Assembly (NCBI GenBank): GCA_021805565.1
Contig: JAJZFA010000059.1
Location: 1,125-65,124, forward strand
Source of the DNA: Pseudomonadota bacterium
GTDB lineage: Bacteria; Pseudomonadota; Alphaproteobacteria; Acetobacterales; Acetobacteraceae
Direction: 5' to 3'
DNA length: 64,000 bases
Shown piece after piece: positions 19,493 through 29,776 of the stretch; position 1 is the first letter of the stretch; every line of letters begins with the position of its first letter. Under the pieces are notes generated by a model. The model did not search any database, was not told the origin of the DNA, and was given only the letters and a program-made list of their open reading frames with translations. A program made the position numbers and the translations under genes.

Positions 19493-20940
19493 CAGAACTG
19501 GAAATACAAAAACGGTGCGACATGCGGCGCGAAAAACAACGCCTGCACCGAAAAGGCAAAGCCGCCCGTCAGGGTCCAGTGGCGGGTCCGGCTGGTCATC
19601 CGGTGGATGTTGGGCACCGTCAGGACGATCAGCCAGCCCAGCAGCAGACAGGCGGACACCTCGGGAAAGCTCAGGGTCCGGCCATCGCCGAGCGATGGCA
19701 TGACCGAAACCGGATCGGCGATGGCGGCCAGTGGCGGCAGGGCGGCCACGATCATGCGCGGCAAGGCGATGCCGTTCAGCCCGGCCATGCCGCGCACCAT
19801 GCCCAGCGCGCAACCGAACGACGTTGCCCGGAACGGTACCCATGCGACGATCACGGCAAACAGGGTGATGGCCTGACCGATCGCGGCGGGCATGGGCGGG
19901 AACAGCTTGCGGTATTGAGTGTGTACGACCAGGAACAGCCCGTGCAGGCCGCCCCAGGCTACGAAAGTCCAGGCCGCGCCATGCCACAGGCCAACCAGCA
20001 GCATGGTCGCCATCAGGTTGCCCGTGCGGCGCCAGTGACCCACTCGGTTACCGCCAAGTGGAATGTAAAGATAATCCCGTAGAAAGCTGCCCAGGGTGAT
20101 ATGCCAGCGCCGCCAGAACGCCGCGATATCGCTTGCCTGGTATGGGCTGTCGAAGTTCATCGGAAAGCGGACGTTCAGCATCCGGGCAAGGCCCATGGCC
20201 ATGTCGGAATAACCGGAAAAATCGAAATAGATTTGCAGTGCATAGGCCAGCGTGGCGTACCAGGCCTCGAAGAAGGTCAACTGGGTTCCCTGGGCGGCGG
20301 CGTTGAACCCGGTATCGGCGAATCCTCCGAACATATCCGCAAGCACCAGTTTCTTCCCCAGGCCGAGGAGGAAAATCAGCAGGCCCTCGGTCAGGTTTTC
20401 GATGCTGGGCCTGGCGAGGCGGGGCGCGGTAAGCTGAGGAACGATCTCGCCGGGCCGTACGATCGGGCCCGCGATCAGGTGCGGAAAAAACATGACGAAT
20501 GCGGCGTACGGCAGAAATCGCTTTTCCCGGGCGGGAAATTTCGCCGAATCGGCCAGGAACATGATTTGCTGAAAGGTGAAAAAGCTGATCGCCAGCGGCA
20601 GGGCGACCGGCAATGCCGGGGCACCGGGGATCACGATATGCAGCAGGAAGTCGGCGTATTTGAACCATCCAAGCGTGGCCAGGTTCAGCACCACCCCCGT
20701 CGCGAGCCACGCCTTGGGGCGCCTGGACCACCGCATTCGCGCGGCGATGCCGTGGTTGACGACCACGGATCCGATCAACAGCGGCAAATGCCGCGGATTC
20801 CACCATCCGTAAAAAAACAGGCTACAGGCAATCAGCCACGCCAGGGTCCAGGGCGCGGTGCGGACGCGGCCAATGATGAAAAACCCCGCCATGCAGACTG
20901 GCAGAAACCCAAGAACAAAGGTGGTGGTGTGGAACATCAT
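19492..20940 (-). CDS. MBOAT-family O-acyltransferase (AlgI/DltB-like)
   Basis: 482 aa and polytopic. Characteristic motifs FWRRWHITLGSFLRDYLYIPLGGNR and the conserved His in LVGLWHGAAW. Confidence 0.9.
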   Translation of the reverse strand: MMFHTTTFVLGFLPVCMAGFFIIGRVRTAPWTLAWLIACSLFFYGWWNPRHLPLLIGSVVVNHGIAARMRWSRRPKAWLATGVVLNLATLGWFKYADFLLHIVIPGAPALPVALPLAISFFTFQQIMFLADSAKFPAREKRFLPYAAFVMFFPHLIAGPIVRPGEIVPQLTAPRLARPSIENLTEGLLIFLLGLGKKLVLADMFGGFADTGFNAAAQGTQLTFFEAWYATLAYALQIYFDFSGYSDMAMGLARMLNVRFPMNFDSPYQASDIAAFWRRWHITLGSFLRDYLYIPLGGNRVGHWRRTGNLMATMLLVGLWHGAAWTFVAWGGLHGLFLVVHTQYRKLFPPMPAAIGQAITLFAVIVAWVPFRATSFGCALGMVRGMAGLNGIALPRMIVAALPPLAAIADPVSVMPSLGDGRTLSFPEVSACLLLGWLIVLTVPNIHRMTSRTRHWTLTGGFAFSVQALFFAPHVAPFLYFQF

Positions 20941-21071
20941 GGCGTGAAGGCGGCACTGTAGGACGAAGATGATAATGAAGCGTTAACGGCTTTGCTGTCG
21001 GATATCTTTACAGATTACACATGTATGCGACGATAAATCTCTGATTTCATGATATATATACAACTGGCACA

Positions 21072-21842
21072 ATGTTTGCTGTCCGTTCCCTGTTCCGCTG
21101 TCGCCGCCGTGGCGATAAGACGAAAAAGGGTATCCCCGTGCTTTTGGCAGCGTGCCGCCCCATCGTTCTGGTTCTGATGTCGATCGCCGCGTTTTCATCC
21201 GGCGCGCGGGCCGCTCCGGCGTTGATCGAATTCACCGCCATGATCGGGCCGGGTAATGCCATCGACACCGGGAACGTGTTCGGCGAAGGCTATGGCGCGG
21301 ACCTTGCCGGCCAGATCATCACCGGATCGATCGTGATCGACGCAGCATCGCTGCGGCAACGATGCGGCGTCGGGGGCGCCTGTTACACCGACCAGGGGGC
21401 CGGGGCGGTGTCGGTCGGTTTCACCCTGAACGGCGTCACGGTCACCGCGGTCTCGACCGGTACGCTGGGATATGCTGGCAACAGTTCGGGCGGGTTGGTG
21501 CAGATCAACGATCCCGCTCATGGCGGCGACAATTATCTTGCGGTCGGCGCCACCAGCACAAACGGGACGATGCAGGCATCGGTTGGCGCGCTGTTCTCCG
21601 CCGCGACTGTATTCTCCGCTTACGGCGGGGGTAGCCCAACGGTGGCGATCGACAGCCTTTCCAGCATAGCCGCCGGTTCGGGCCTGATTGCGGGCGGTAT
21701 TACGCTACTGTCGCCGATCGAGCATCTGGACGCGACCATCCTGACGATCGAAGCGGCCGGCATTCCGGAACCGTTCGGCTTGGGGGTGCTGGGCGTCGCC
21801 CTTGCCGGGTTGGGATGGGTCCGCCGCAGGTCCGCCCGTTGA
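21072..21842 (+). CDS. PEP-CTERM sorting-domain protein
   Basis: The C-terminus GIPEPFGLGVLGVALAGLGWVRRRSAR has the PEP motif, a TM helix and a basic tail. N-terminal signal ...LVLMSIAAFSSGARA. Gly/Ala/Thr-rich mature region. Confidence 0.75.
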   Translation: MFAVRSLFRCRRRGDKTKKGIPVLLAACRPIVLVLMSIAAFSSGARAAPALIEFTAMIGPGNAIDTGNVFGEGYGADLAGQIITGSIVIDAASLRQRCGVGGACYTDQGAGAVSVGFTLNGVTVTAVSTGTLGYAGNSSGGLVQINDPAHGGDNYLAVGATSTNGTMQASVGALFSAATVFSAYGGGSPTVAIDSLSSIAAGSGLIAGGITLLSPIEHLDATILTIEAAGIPEPFGLGVLGVALAGLGWVRRRSAR

Positions 21843-21887
21843 ACAGGTGTTTCCCAGACCGGTTTTTGCTGATAGCACACAGCGGAA

Positions 21888-23042
21888 ATGACCGACGATC
21901 TGCCCCCCAACCCGGCATTGTTACCGGCCGGCCTGCGCGACCTGTTACCGCCCGGCGCGGAGACCGAAGCATCCGCCGTCGAGGCGCTGATGACGGTGTT
22001 CGCCGCGCATGGCTATCAGCGCGTGAAACCGCCGTTGATGGAGTTCGAGGATAGTCTGCTGGCCGGGTCCGGGACCGCGGTGGCGGACCAGACCTTTCGT
22101 CTGATGGATCCGGACAGCCAGCGCATGATGGGGCTGCGGGCGGACACCACGCCTCAGATCGGGCGTATTGCCGCCACTCGGCTGGCCGGCGCCCCCCGGC
22201 CGTTGCGGCTGTCGTATGCGGGGCAGTGTCTGCGCGTGCGGGGTAGTCAATTGGCGCCGGATCGGCAGGTGGCCCAGGCGGGGATCGAACTGATTGGGCA
22301 CGACAGCCCGGAAGCGGACGCCGAAACCGTGCTGGTCGCGGCCGAGGCTCTGGCGTCGGTCGGGCTGACCCGCGTCAGTTTCGATCTGACCTTGCCGATG
22401 CTGGTGCCGTCGTTGCTGGACGATGCCGGCATAACCGGATCGGATCGCATTGTTCTGGCCCGCGCGCTCGACCGCAAGGACGCGGCGGCCGTTGCGCGCC
22501 ATGGTGGCACGCTGGCGCCGGTGCTGACCGATCTCTTGCTGGCCGCCGGTGCGGCGGATGGCGCGCTCGCCGCGCTGGCCGAGGCAAAGCTACCGAACAT
22601 GGCCGGTATCCTTGCTAGGCGGGTGGCGGATACGGTGGCTGCGATCCGGGCGGCTGTGCCGGCTCTGCGCCTGACCGTCGATCCTGTAGAGTTTCGTGGC
22701 TTCCGTTACGAAACCGGCGTGTCGGTAACGGTGTATGCGCTCGGTCGGCATGAGGAACTGGGACGCGGAGGGCGATACGTCTGCGGCGATGGCGAACCGG
22801 CGACTGGGCTGACGCTATATCCGGATGCCATCTTACGGGTGGCGCCCGCCCGTCAGGCGCGTCCGCGCGTGTTCGTGCCATTCGGCGCCGATCGCGCGAC
22901 CGTGGCCGGCCTGCGCGCCGATGGTTTCGCCACGGTAGCCGCCCTGGTGCATGCGGACGACGAGACCGCCGAGGCCAAGCGAATGGATTGCACTCATATC
23001 CTGCGCGCCGCGAAGGCCGCGCTTCTTCACATCGAGGGCTGA
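21888..23042 (+). CDS. hisZ: ATP phosphoribosyltransferase regulatory subunit
   Basis: 384 aa, HisRS-like without an anticodon domain. [11 protein letters not shown]... and [24 protein letters not shown] are typical of HisZ. Confidence 0.9.
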   Translation: MTDDLPPNPALLPAGLRDLLPPGAETEASAVEALMTVFAAHGYQRVKPPLMEFEDSLLAGSGTAVADQTFRLMDPDSQRMMGLRADTTPQIGRIAATRLAGAPRPLRLSYAGQCLRVRGSQLAPDRQVAQAGIELIGHDSPEADAETVLVAAEALASVGLTRVSFDLTLPMLVPSLLDDAGITGSDRIVLARALDRKDAAAVARHGGTLAPVLTDLLLAAGAADGALAALAEAKLPNMAGILARRVADTVAAIRAAVPALRLTVDPVEFRGFRYETGVSVTVYALGRHEELGRGGRYVCGDGEPATGLTLYPDAILRVAPARQARPRVFVPFGADRATVAGLRADGFATVAALVHADDETAEAKRMDCTHILRAAKAALLHIEG

Positions 23043-23047
23043 AAACT

Positions 23048-24337
<1,290 letters not shown>

Positions 24338-24416
24338 ACCGCCGCCGGCGGCGTTAACCATTGGTCAACCTTTCCGCCGGTACACTGCGCGGCCTGGCCA
24401 AATATGGTTCGCCCGC

Positions 24417-26375
24417 ATGGTTGACGACCCGATTCTCGCACGCTCCAACACGCTGATCGCCGGGCGTTACGCGGTCGATACCGCGCAGTCGTTGCCCGAT
24501 GCCGGCGGCGGCCTGCCGGCGTTCGTCGCCTGGGATCGCCAGGTGTCCGGCGCCAGGCTGGCCGCCCTGGCGGTGTCCCGCGATGCATCGCCCCGTGTGC
24601 TGGCACTGAGTGTCCTTGGCGAACCGGCCGAAAGCCTGATGGTGCCGCTGGCGCATGGGATCGCGCCCCTGGCCGCCGGTAAGGGCTACTTCGTCATCTG
24701 CTCGCCGCCGCCTGGGCCACCGATTTCCACGGGCTTGAATCTCTGGCCAGAGAAAGCGTTGCTCGATCTGGTGCTTCGGCCGGCGGCGCAGGTGCTCGAT
24801 TACCTGTATCGCCGCAAACTGACCCACCGGGCGATCCGTCCGAACAATGTGTTTCAGCCGGCCCGGGGTCAGCCGGTGACGCTGGGGGCGGCCTGGGCGG
24901 CGCCGCCGGCGATGCATCAACCGGCCGTATTCGAATCGCCATACACCGCGATGTGCGAAGCTGCCGGACGCGGCGACGGCACGATCGCCGACGATGTCTA
25001 TGCGCTTGGGGTCCTGTTGCTCGCTCTGTCATCGGGTCGGTTGCCCATGGCGAATATGGACGACGCCGCGGTCATTCGCTGGAAGCTCGATCTGGGCAGT
25101 TTTGCCGCGCTCACCCGCGACATGACCGTGCCCGTACAGCTGGCGGAACTGCTGCGAGGCATGCTGGCCGAGGATCCGGACCACCGTCCGCTGCCCGCCC
25201 AATTGCTGGACCTGGCGAAACTACGTGGCCGCCGCGTCGCAGCCCGACCGCCCCGGCGCAGCCAGACCGCATTGACACTGAACGATATGGCCGTGTTCGA
25301 TTCCCGGACCCTGGCCTACGCGCTGTTCCGGGACGAAAAAAGAGCGATCCAGTTTCTCCGTAACGGCCTGATTAGCCAGTGGCTGCGGCGTGGCGTCGGC
25401 GATGCCGGGCTGGCGACAAGGATCGAGGATCTGGTCAGAAATCGCATTGCCGATACGAAATCCGGCCCGCTGGGCGACCCGCTGTTAGTGATGCATACGA
25501 TCGCGGTGCTTAATCCGCGTATGCCGCTGTGCTGGCGAGGATTCGCTTTGTGGCCGGATGCGCTGGCGGCCGTTCTGGCCCAGGGGGTCGCCGCGAATGC
25601 CATCCTTTTGGCGGTGGCCGGTGAACTGCTGGCCGGCGAGATCGCCAATGCCTGGTCGGATCAGGAACCGTGGCGGCCGGTCCATCCTGACATGACGCAA
25701 CACAGGCGTCTGTTTCAGGGCGAGGGGACCGGCGGTTTGTTGCGACTGTTCTATACGTTGAATCCGCTGCTGCCGAACCGGATCGCGGGGATGGCGATGG
25801 GTTGGGTGCTAGGTATGGCCGACCTGATGCACTTTCTTGAAAGCGCGGCGGAGAAGGCCGGCGACAGCGTCATCGACCCGCATACCCTGGCTTTTATCGT
25901 CGCGCGCTCCGATCGGAAGACCGAGACCTTTGCCAGTACTCTGGCCGGCGCGAAGGGGGCCGCGGCCATAAAGACCGCCGAACTGGTGTTGCTGGAAGAC
26001 CTACAGACCCGTTATTACCCCGTGCCCATGCCGGCCCTGGCGAAATGGGCCGCCGCCCGGCTGCGGCCAGACCTGATTCGTTGGCATAACAGGCCGCGCC
26101 GGGAAGCAATGGACGTGCGGTTGGACGCCCTCGCGCAGACCGGGTTCATTTCCAGGCTGCTGGCCGTGACGGAGGACCTGACGGCGCGAGCGGCCGATAT
26201 CGCCGGTGCGCGGCTGGCCAGTAACGAACTGTTGTGGATCGACGCGGAAATCGCGGCAATGGATCGGAATGGCACCGCGCGCAAGGCCGATTCCGAACGA
26301 TCCGCTCAGGCGATTGCCGGCGGAATTGGCCTGTCGGTGTTTGTCCTGATGGCGATGTCGGTGCTGCTGCGATGA
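24417..26375 (+). CDS. Hanks-type protein-kinase-like protein, predicted pseudokinase, C-terminal TM anchor
   Basis: Kinase subdomains are readable: G-loop-like DAGGGLPAF, RLAALAV in place of VAIK (no Lys), THRAIRPNN in place of HRDxKxxN (HRA at nt 24825-24833), TLGAAW in place of DFG, conserved DDVYALGVLLLALSSGRLP and LLRGMLAEDPDHRP. About 350 further aa follow, then a terminal TM helix GGIGLSVFVLMAMSVLL. Confidence 0.75.
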   Translation: MVDDPILARSNTLIAGRYAVDTAQSLPDAGGGLPAFVAWDRQVSGARLAALAVSRDASPRVLALSVLGEPAESLMVPLAHGIAPLAAGKGYFVICSPPPGPPISTGLNLWPEKALLDLVLRPAAQVLDYLYRRKLTHRAIRPNNVFQPARGQPVTLGAAWAAPPAMHQPAVFESPYTAMCEAAGRGDGTIADDVYALGVLLLALSSGRLPMANMDDAAVIRWKLDLGSFAALTRDMTVPVQLAELLRGMLAEDPDHRPLPAQLLDLAKLRGRRVAARPPRRSQTALTLNDMAVFDSRTLAYALFRDEKRAIQFLRNGLISQWLRRGVGDAGLATRIEDLVRNRIADTKSGPLGDPLLVMHTIAVLNPRMPLCWRGFALWPDALAAVLAQGVAANAILLAVAGELLAGEIANAWSDQEPWRPVHPDMTQHRRLFQGEGTGGLLRLFYTLNPLLPNRIAGMAMGWVLGMADLMHFLESAAEKAGDSVIDPHTLAFIVARSDRKTETFASTLAGAKGAAAIKTAELVLLEDLQTRYYPVPMPALAKWAAARLRPDLIRWHNRPRREAMDVRLDALAQTGFISRLLAVTEDLTARAADIAGARLASNELLWIDAEIAAMDRNGTARKADSERSAQAIAGGIGLSVFVLMAMSVLLR

Positions 26376-26833
26376 GTGCCGGTACGAAATTAGGGCGGGG
26401 GATGGGCGGATCGATCGTTCTGCTTCTGGGCCTGGCAGCCGGCGGACTCATCGCTCTATCGCCCGATATCGCGCTGCCGGCGACGATATTGCTGCTGCCG
26501 GGATTGCTCGCCTTAATTCTGGACCGCACTCCAGGATGCGGGGTGGCACGTGCGATCTTGCTGTTCCAGGGGGCGGCCTGCGTTCATCCGGTGATGAACG
26601 CCTGGTACCGATGCGCCGGGATCGATGGCTGCATGGGGTACCTGGCGGACTGGCCTACCGTGGCGCGTGTCTGGCTCGCGGCGGCGTGCGCCTGGGCGAT
26701 GTCTCAGATTTTGCCGCTTGGCCTGATGGCACTATACGACTATCGCATGCGCTATCGGCGAATAGCGCTTATGGCCCGGCGTGAGACGTTGGCGGCGGAG
26801 TGGGGCCTGGAAGACGACGATCCGGCCGGTTAA
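26372..26833 (+). CDS. Small polytopic membrane protein coupled to the pseudokinase gene
   Basis: The ATG overlaps the upstream stop (ATGA at 26372-26375). 153 aa with about 4 hydrophobic helices (SIVLLLGLAAGGLIAL, ILLLPGLLALIL, VARVWLAAACAWAMSQILPLGLMAL) and an acidic tail. Confidence 0.6.
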   Translation: MSAGTKLGRGMGGSIVLLLGLAAGGLIALSPDIALPATILLLPGLLALILDRTPGCGVARAILLFQGAACVHPVMNAWYRCAGIDGCMGYLADWPTVARVWLAAACAWAMSQILPLGLMALYDYRMRYRRIALMARRETLAAEWGLEDDDPAG

Positions 26834-26891
26834 CCGGGACGGCGAACCGCCGCCATGGGCCATTGCTGGCCCTGACGGCGGAGCCGCACGA

Positions 26892-27806
26892 TCAGACGTA
26901 TTCCCCGGCGATCGCGGTTGGCCGCGTAGCGGCGTTCAGCCGCCGTTCCGCGATCTGCGCTTTCATCGCCTTTTGCAGCTTCTCAAACCCCCGGACCTCG
27001 ATCTGACGGACCCGCTCGCGGGAGATGTTGTATTGCTGCGACAGGTCTTCCAGCGTGGTGGGGTTATCCTTCAGGCGACGCTCGATCAAGATGTGGCGTT
27101 CGCGTTCGTTCAGCGACCGCAGCGCCCCGGTCAGCAATGCCTTGCGGCCGGTCAGTTCCTCCCGATCCGCGATCGAGGTTTCCTGGCTGTCCGATTCATC
27201 GACCAGCCAATCCTGCCACTCGCCTTCGCTATCCTGTCGCACCGGGGCGTTCAGGCTGTTGTCCGGCGCGGCAAGGCGGCGGTTCATACTGACCACATCC
27301 TGTTCCGGCACATCCAGAATGCGGGCGATCTTGGCAACCTGTTCGGGCTGCAAATCGCCGTCGTCGATCGCCTGCATCTGGCCCTTGAGGCGACGCAGAT
27401 TGAAGAAAAGCTTCTTCTGGGCGGCAGTGGTGCCCATTTTCACCAGCGACCAGGAATGCAGGATGTATTCCTGTATCGCCGCGCGTATCCACCACATGGC
27501 GTAAGTTGCCAGCCGGAACCCGCGATCCGGATCGAAGCGTTTGACCGCCTGCATCATGCCGACATTGCCTTCGCTGATCAGTTCCCCGACCGGCAGGCCA
27601 TAGCCGCGATACCCCATGGCGATTTTAGCGACGAGCCGTAAATGGGAGGTGACAAGCTTGTGTGCGGACGCCATATCCTGGGTGTCGCGCCAGCGCTGAG
27701 CCAGCGACAATTCTTCTTCCGGACTAAGCATCGGAAATTTACGGATCTCTTGGAGATACCGCGACAGGTTGCCTTCTGGGGCAATGTTGAGGACGGCAGA
27801 GGCCAC
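26892..27806 (-). CDS. rpoH: RNA polymerase sigma-32 factor
   Basis: 304 aa. Regions 2-4 of the sigma-70 family, with the RpoH box QRKLFFNLRRLK-like segment (AAQKKLFFNLRRLKGQ). Confidence 0.95.
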   Translation of the reverse strand: MASAVLNIAPEGNLSRYLQEIRKFPMLSPEEELSLAQRWRDTQDMASAHKLVTSHLRLVAKIAMGYRGYGLPVGELISEGNVGMMQAVKRFDPDRGFRLATYAMWWIRAAIQEYILHSWSLVKMGTTAAQKKLFFNLRRLKGQMQAIDDGDLQPEQVAKIARILDVPEQDVVSMNRRLAAPDNSLNAPVRQDSEGEWQDWLVDESDSQETSIADREELTGRKALLTGALRSLNERERHILIERRLKDNPTTLEDLSQQYNISRERVRQIEVRGFEKLQKAMKAQIAERRLNAATRPTAIAGEYV

Positions 27807-28032
27807 GGCGTAGGCTCCTTTCGTCAGGCCGGATTGACTTGCCCGAAGGGCGCAAGATCACGGCATGAGAGTGACTGTTACCAGCCCGGATGCAGGTTGG
27901 GACTTCACATCCCAGAGACCCGTCCCAGCATGGCGGCGGCATTTCCGGATGTCCCATCGAAGAAGGGCATCCGCCCGCTTTGATCTTTATCTTATACAGG
28001 ACCGTTTTAGTACTGTCAATATTAACGTATAG

Positions 28033-29031
28033 TTAACAACCGGTCATGTTCATGTCGATTTCGGCAAGAAGCGCCCGCATATCGGCCGGAAGGGCCGCTT
28101 CAAAGCCGATCGGGCGACCGGTGCGCGGGTGCTTGAACCCAAGGCTGGCGGCGTGCAGGGCTTGCCGGGGAAAGTCAAGAATGCGGCCCCGGAGCGGCTG
28201 ATCTATCGTTTTCGCAACCGTTGGAACCCGGCGTAAATACAACGGATCGCCGACAACCGGGTTTCCGGTCCCCGACAGGTGCACGCGTATTTGATGGGTA
28301 CGTCCCGTTGCCAAGCGGCATTCCAGTAACGCGAGGCTGGCCTGCCAGGCGCGCATCGTGCTGTACCGCGTCAGCGCCAGCTTGCCGCCGCGGTCCACCA
28401 TCGCCATGCGTTTGCGTTCGCGCGGGTCGCGGCCGATGGCGCCCTCGATTTCGCCTGTTGGCGTCCGTGGCAGGCCCCACACCAGCGCGATATAGGCTCG
28501 GTCCAGGTCGCGGGCGGCAAACGCCTTGGTCAGCACATCGCTGGCAAGCTGCGTTTTGGCCACCACCATGACCCCGGACGTGTCCTTATCCAGCCGATGC
28601 ACGATGCCTGGACGGCGTTCGGCGCCGATGCCGGTGAAACCAGGACCGCAATGGGCCAGCAGCGCGTTGACCAGGGTGCCGTCGAGGTTGCCGGGGGCGG
28701 GATGGACGACCAACCCGGCAGGCTTGTCCAAGACGATCAAATCCTCGTCTTCATATAGGATAGGGAAGGGAATGGCCTGCGGCAGCGGAGTCGCCGCGAC
28801 CGGAGCAGGCAGGTCCAGAATATATGTGGCACCCGCTTTCACCGCTTCGGCCGGCTGGGTCACCGCGCCGTTTGCTCCCGACAGCCGCCCCTCTTCGATC
28901 AGGGTTTTGATGCGGGAGCGGGACAGCGTGCCGAGACTGTCCGCGACAAACCTGTCGATTCGCTGGCCGGCCTGCGCCGGAGCGGCGACGATGCGGGTTG
29001 GCCCGGATGGTGGATCGCTGTTGGCTGGCAT
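28033..29031 (-). CDS. rluD: RluA/RluD-family 23S rRNA pseudouridine synthase
   Basis: S4-like N-terminus (RIDRFVADSLGTLSRSRIKTLIEEGRL) and catalytic HRLDKDTSGVMV motif. Start at ATG 29031; the longer track ORF would overlap the divergent small ORF. Confidence 0.88.
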   Translation of the reverse strand: MPANSDPPSGPTRIVAAPAQAGQRIDRFVADSLGTLSRSRIKTLIEEGRLSGANGAVTQPAEAVKAGATYILDLPAPVAATPLPQAIPFPILYEDEDLIVLDKPAGLVVHPAPGNLDGTLVNALLAHCGPGFTGIGAERRPGIVHRLDKDTSGVMVVAKTQLASDVLTKAFAARDLDRAYIALVWGLPRTPTGEIEGAIGRDPRERKRMAMVDRGGKLALTRYSTMRAWQASLALLECRLATGRTHQIRVHLSGTGNPVVGDPLYLRRVPTVAKTIDQPLRGRILDFPRQALHAASLGFKHPRTGRPIGFEAALPADMRALLAEIDMNMTGC

Positions 29032-29062
29032 GCGGATATGGGATAACCCGATTTGGGTGTGA

Positions 29063-29359
29063 ATGGGAGATGGCATGCGGGCGTTGAAGATCGCGGTGAT
29101 TGTCATGGGCGTGTTGATCGTCGCCGGGACGATGGCGCTGGTCATCGGGGTGGCGCGCCGGGCGGCAGGGCCGGGGCCGGCCGGTTTGCCGCCGTCGGTG
29201 GCGGCCGTACTGGATGAACCGGCGGGAACCAGAATTGCCGGCATCGCGCCGGTTCGGGACCGGTTGGCAATACAGCTTCAAGGTGGCGGTGCGGACCGGG
29301 TGGTGCTGATCGACCCCGCGAGCGGGGCCGTGGCAGGGCGAATTTCGTTGGCGCGATAG
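29063..29359 (+). CDS. Hypothetical small single-pass membrane protein
   Basis: 98 aa with one TM helix (ALKIAVIVMGVLIVAGTMALVIGV). Divergent from rluD. No motif evidence beyond the TM helix and reasonable codon usage. Confidence 0.45.
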   Translation: MGDGMRALKIAVIVMGVLIVAGTMALVIGVARRAAGPGPAGLPPSVAAVLDEPAGTRIAGIAPVRDRLAIQLQGGGADRVVLIDPASGAVAGRISLAR

Positions 29360-29416
29360 AATTCCGGCGCTTGAGGTTCCGGGGGTTCCGGGCTAATAAA
29401 CAGGCCCTGGCCAGTT

Positions 29417-29492
29417 GTCCCGTTCGTCTAGAGGCCCAGGACAGTGCCCTCTCACGGCACCAACAGGGGTTCGAATCCCCTACGGGACGCCA
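29417..29492 (+). tRNA. tRNA-Glu (anticodon CUC)
   Basis: 76 nt, GTCCCGTTCGTCTAGAGGCCCAGGACAGTGCCCTCTCACGGCACCAACAGGGGTTCGAATCCCCTACGGGACGCCA. Acceptor stem GTCCCGT/ACGGGAC, T-loop GGTTCGAATCC, anticodon loop CT-CTC-AC and encoded CCA. Near-identical architecture to E. coli tRNA-Glu. Confidence 0.9.
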
Positions 29493-29776
29493 ATAATACC
29501 AAAAATTTTCGGTTCTATAGACCGAAATGACTGTTCCGATCGCTCGGCTTCGTGGAATCCAAACCGGGGCGCCAGGATTCCACACTTGTTAGACTCCGGT
29601 CAGCCGGTCAGCACTCGACCGTCCGAAACCAGGACGCCGCAAGGCAAAGCGTTCGGGGCACACCCTTCGTTAGAACCCGGCAGTCCGCCCCTTTACGATC
29701 TGAACCGGAGCAAACTCACGTTGACTTTGCCGGATCGGGATATATCTAAATAGTTTCGATAGGACAGGAGGTCGAG

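Noticed and set aside
18515-19987. Long N-terminal extensions of track ORFs that run over the preceding gene in another frame. These are 18515-19987, 42480-44228, 61356-62966, 62648-63946, 56104-57765, 22988-24337 and 26234-26833.
   Set aside because: The recognisable protein begins at an internal start immediately after, or overlapping, the upstream stop codon. The upstream parts are compositionally random and overlap well-supported genes.
29493-29776. tRNA-Glu 3' flank considered as an integration hotspot or att site. It contains the inverted repeat GTGGAATCC-N14-GGATTCCAC (29552-29583) and a weak hairpin at 29507-29527.
   Set aside because: There is no integrase, no repeat of the tRNA 3' end further downstream that I could find, and no phage or mobile genes nearby. 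The hairpins are more simply transcription-termination or structural elements.
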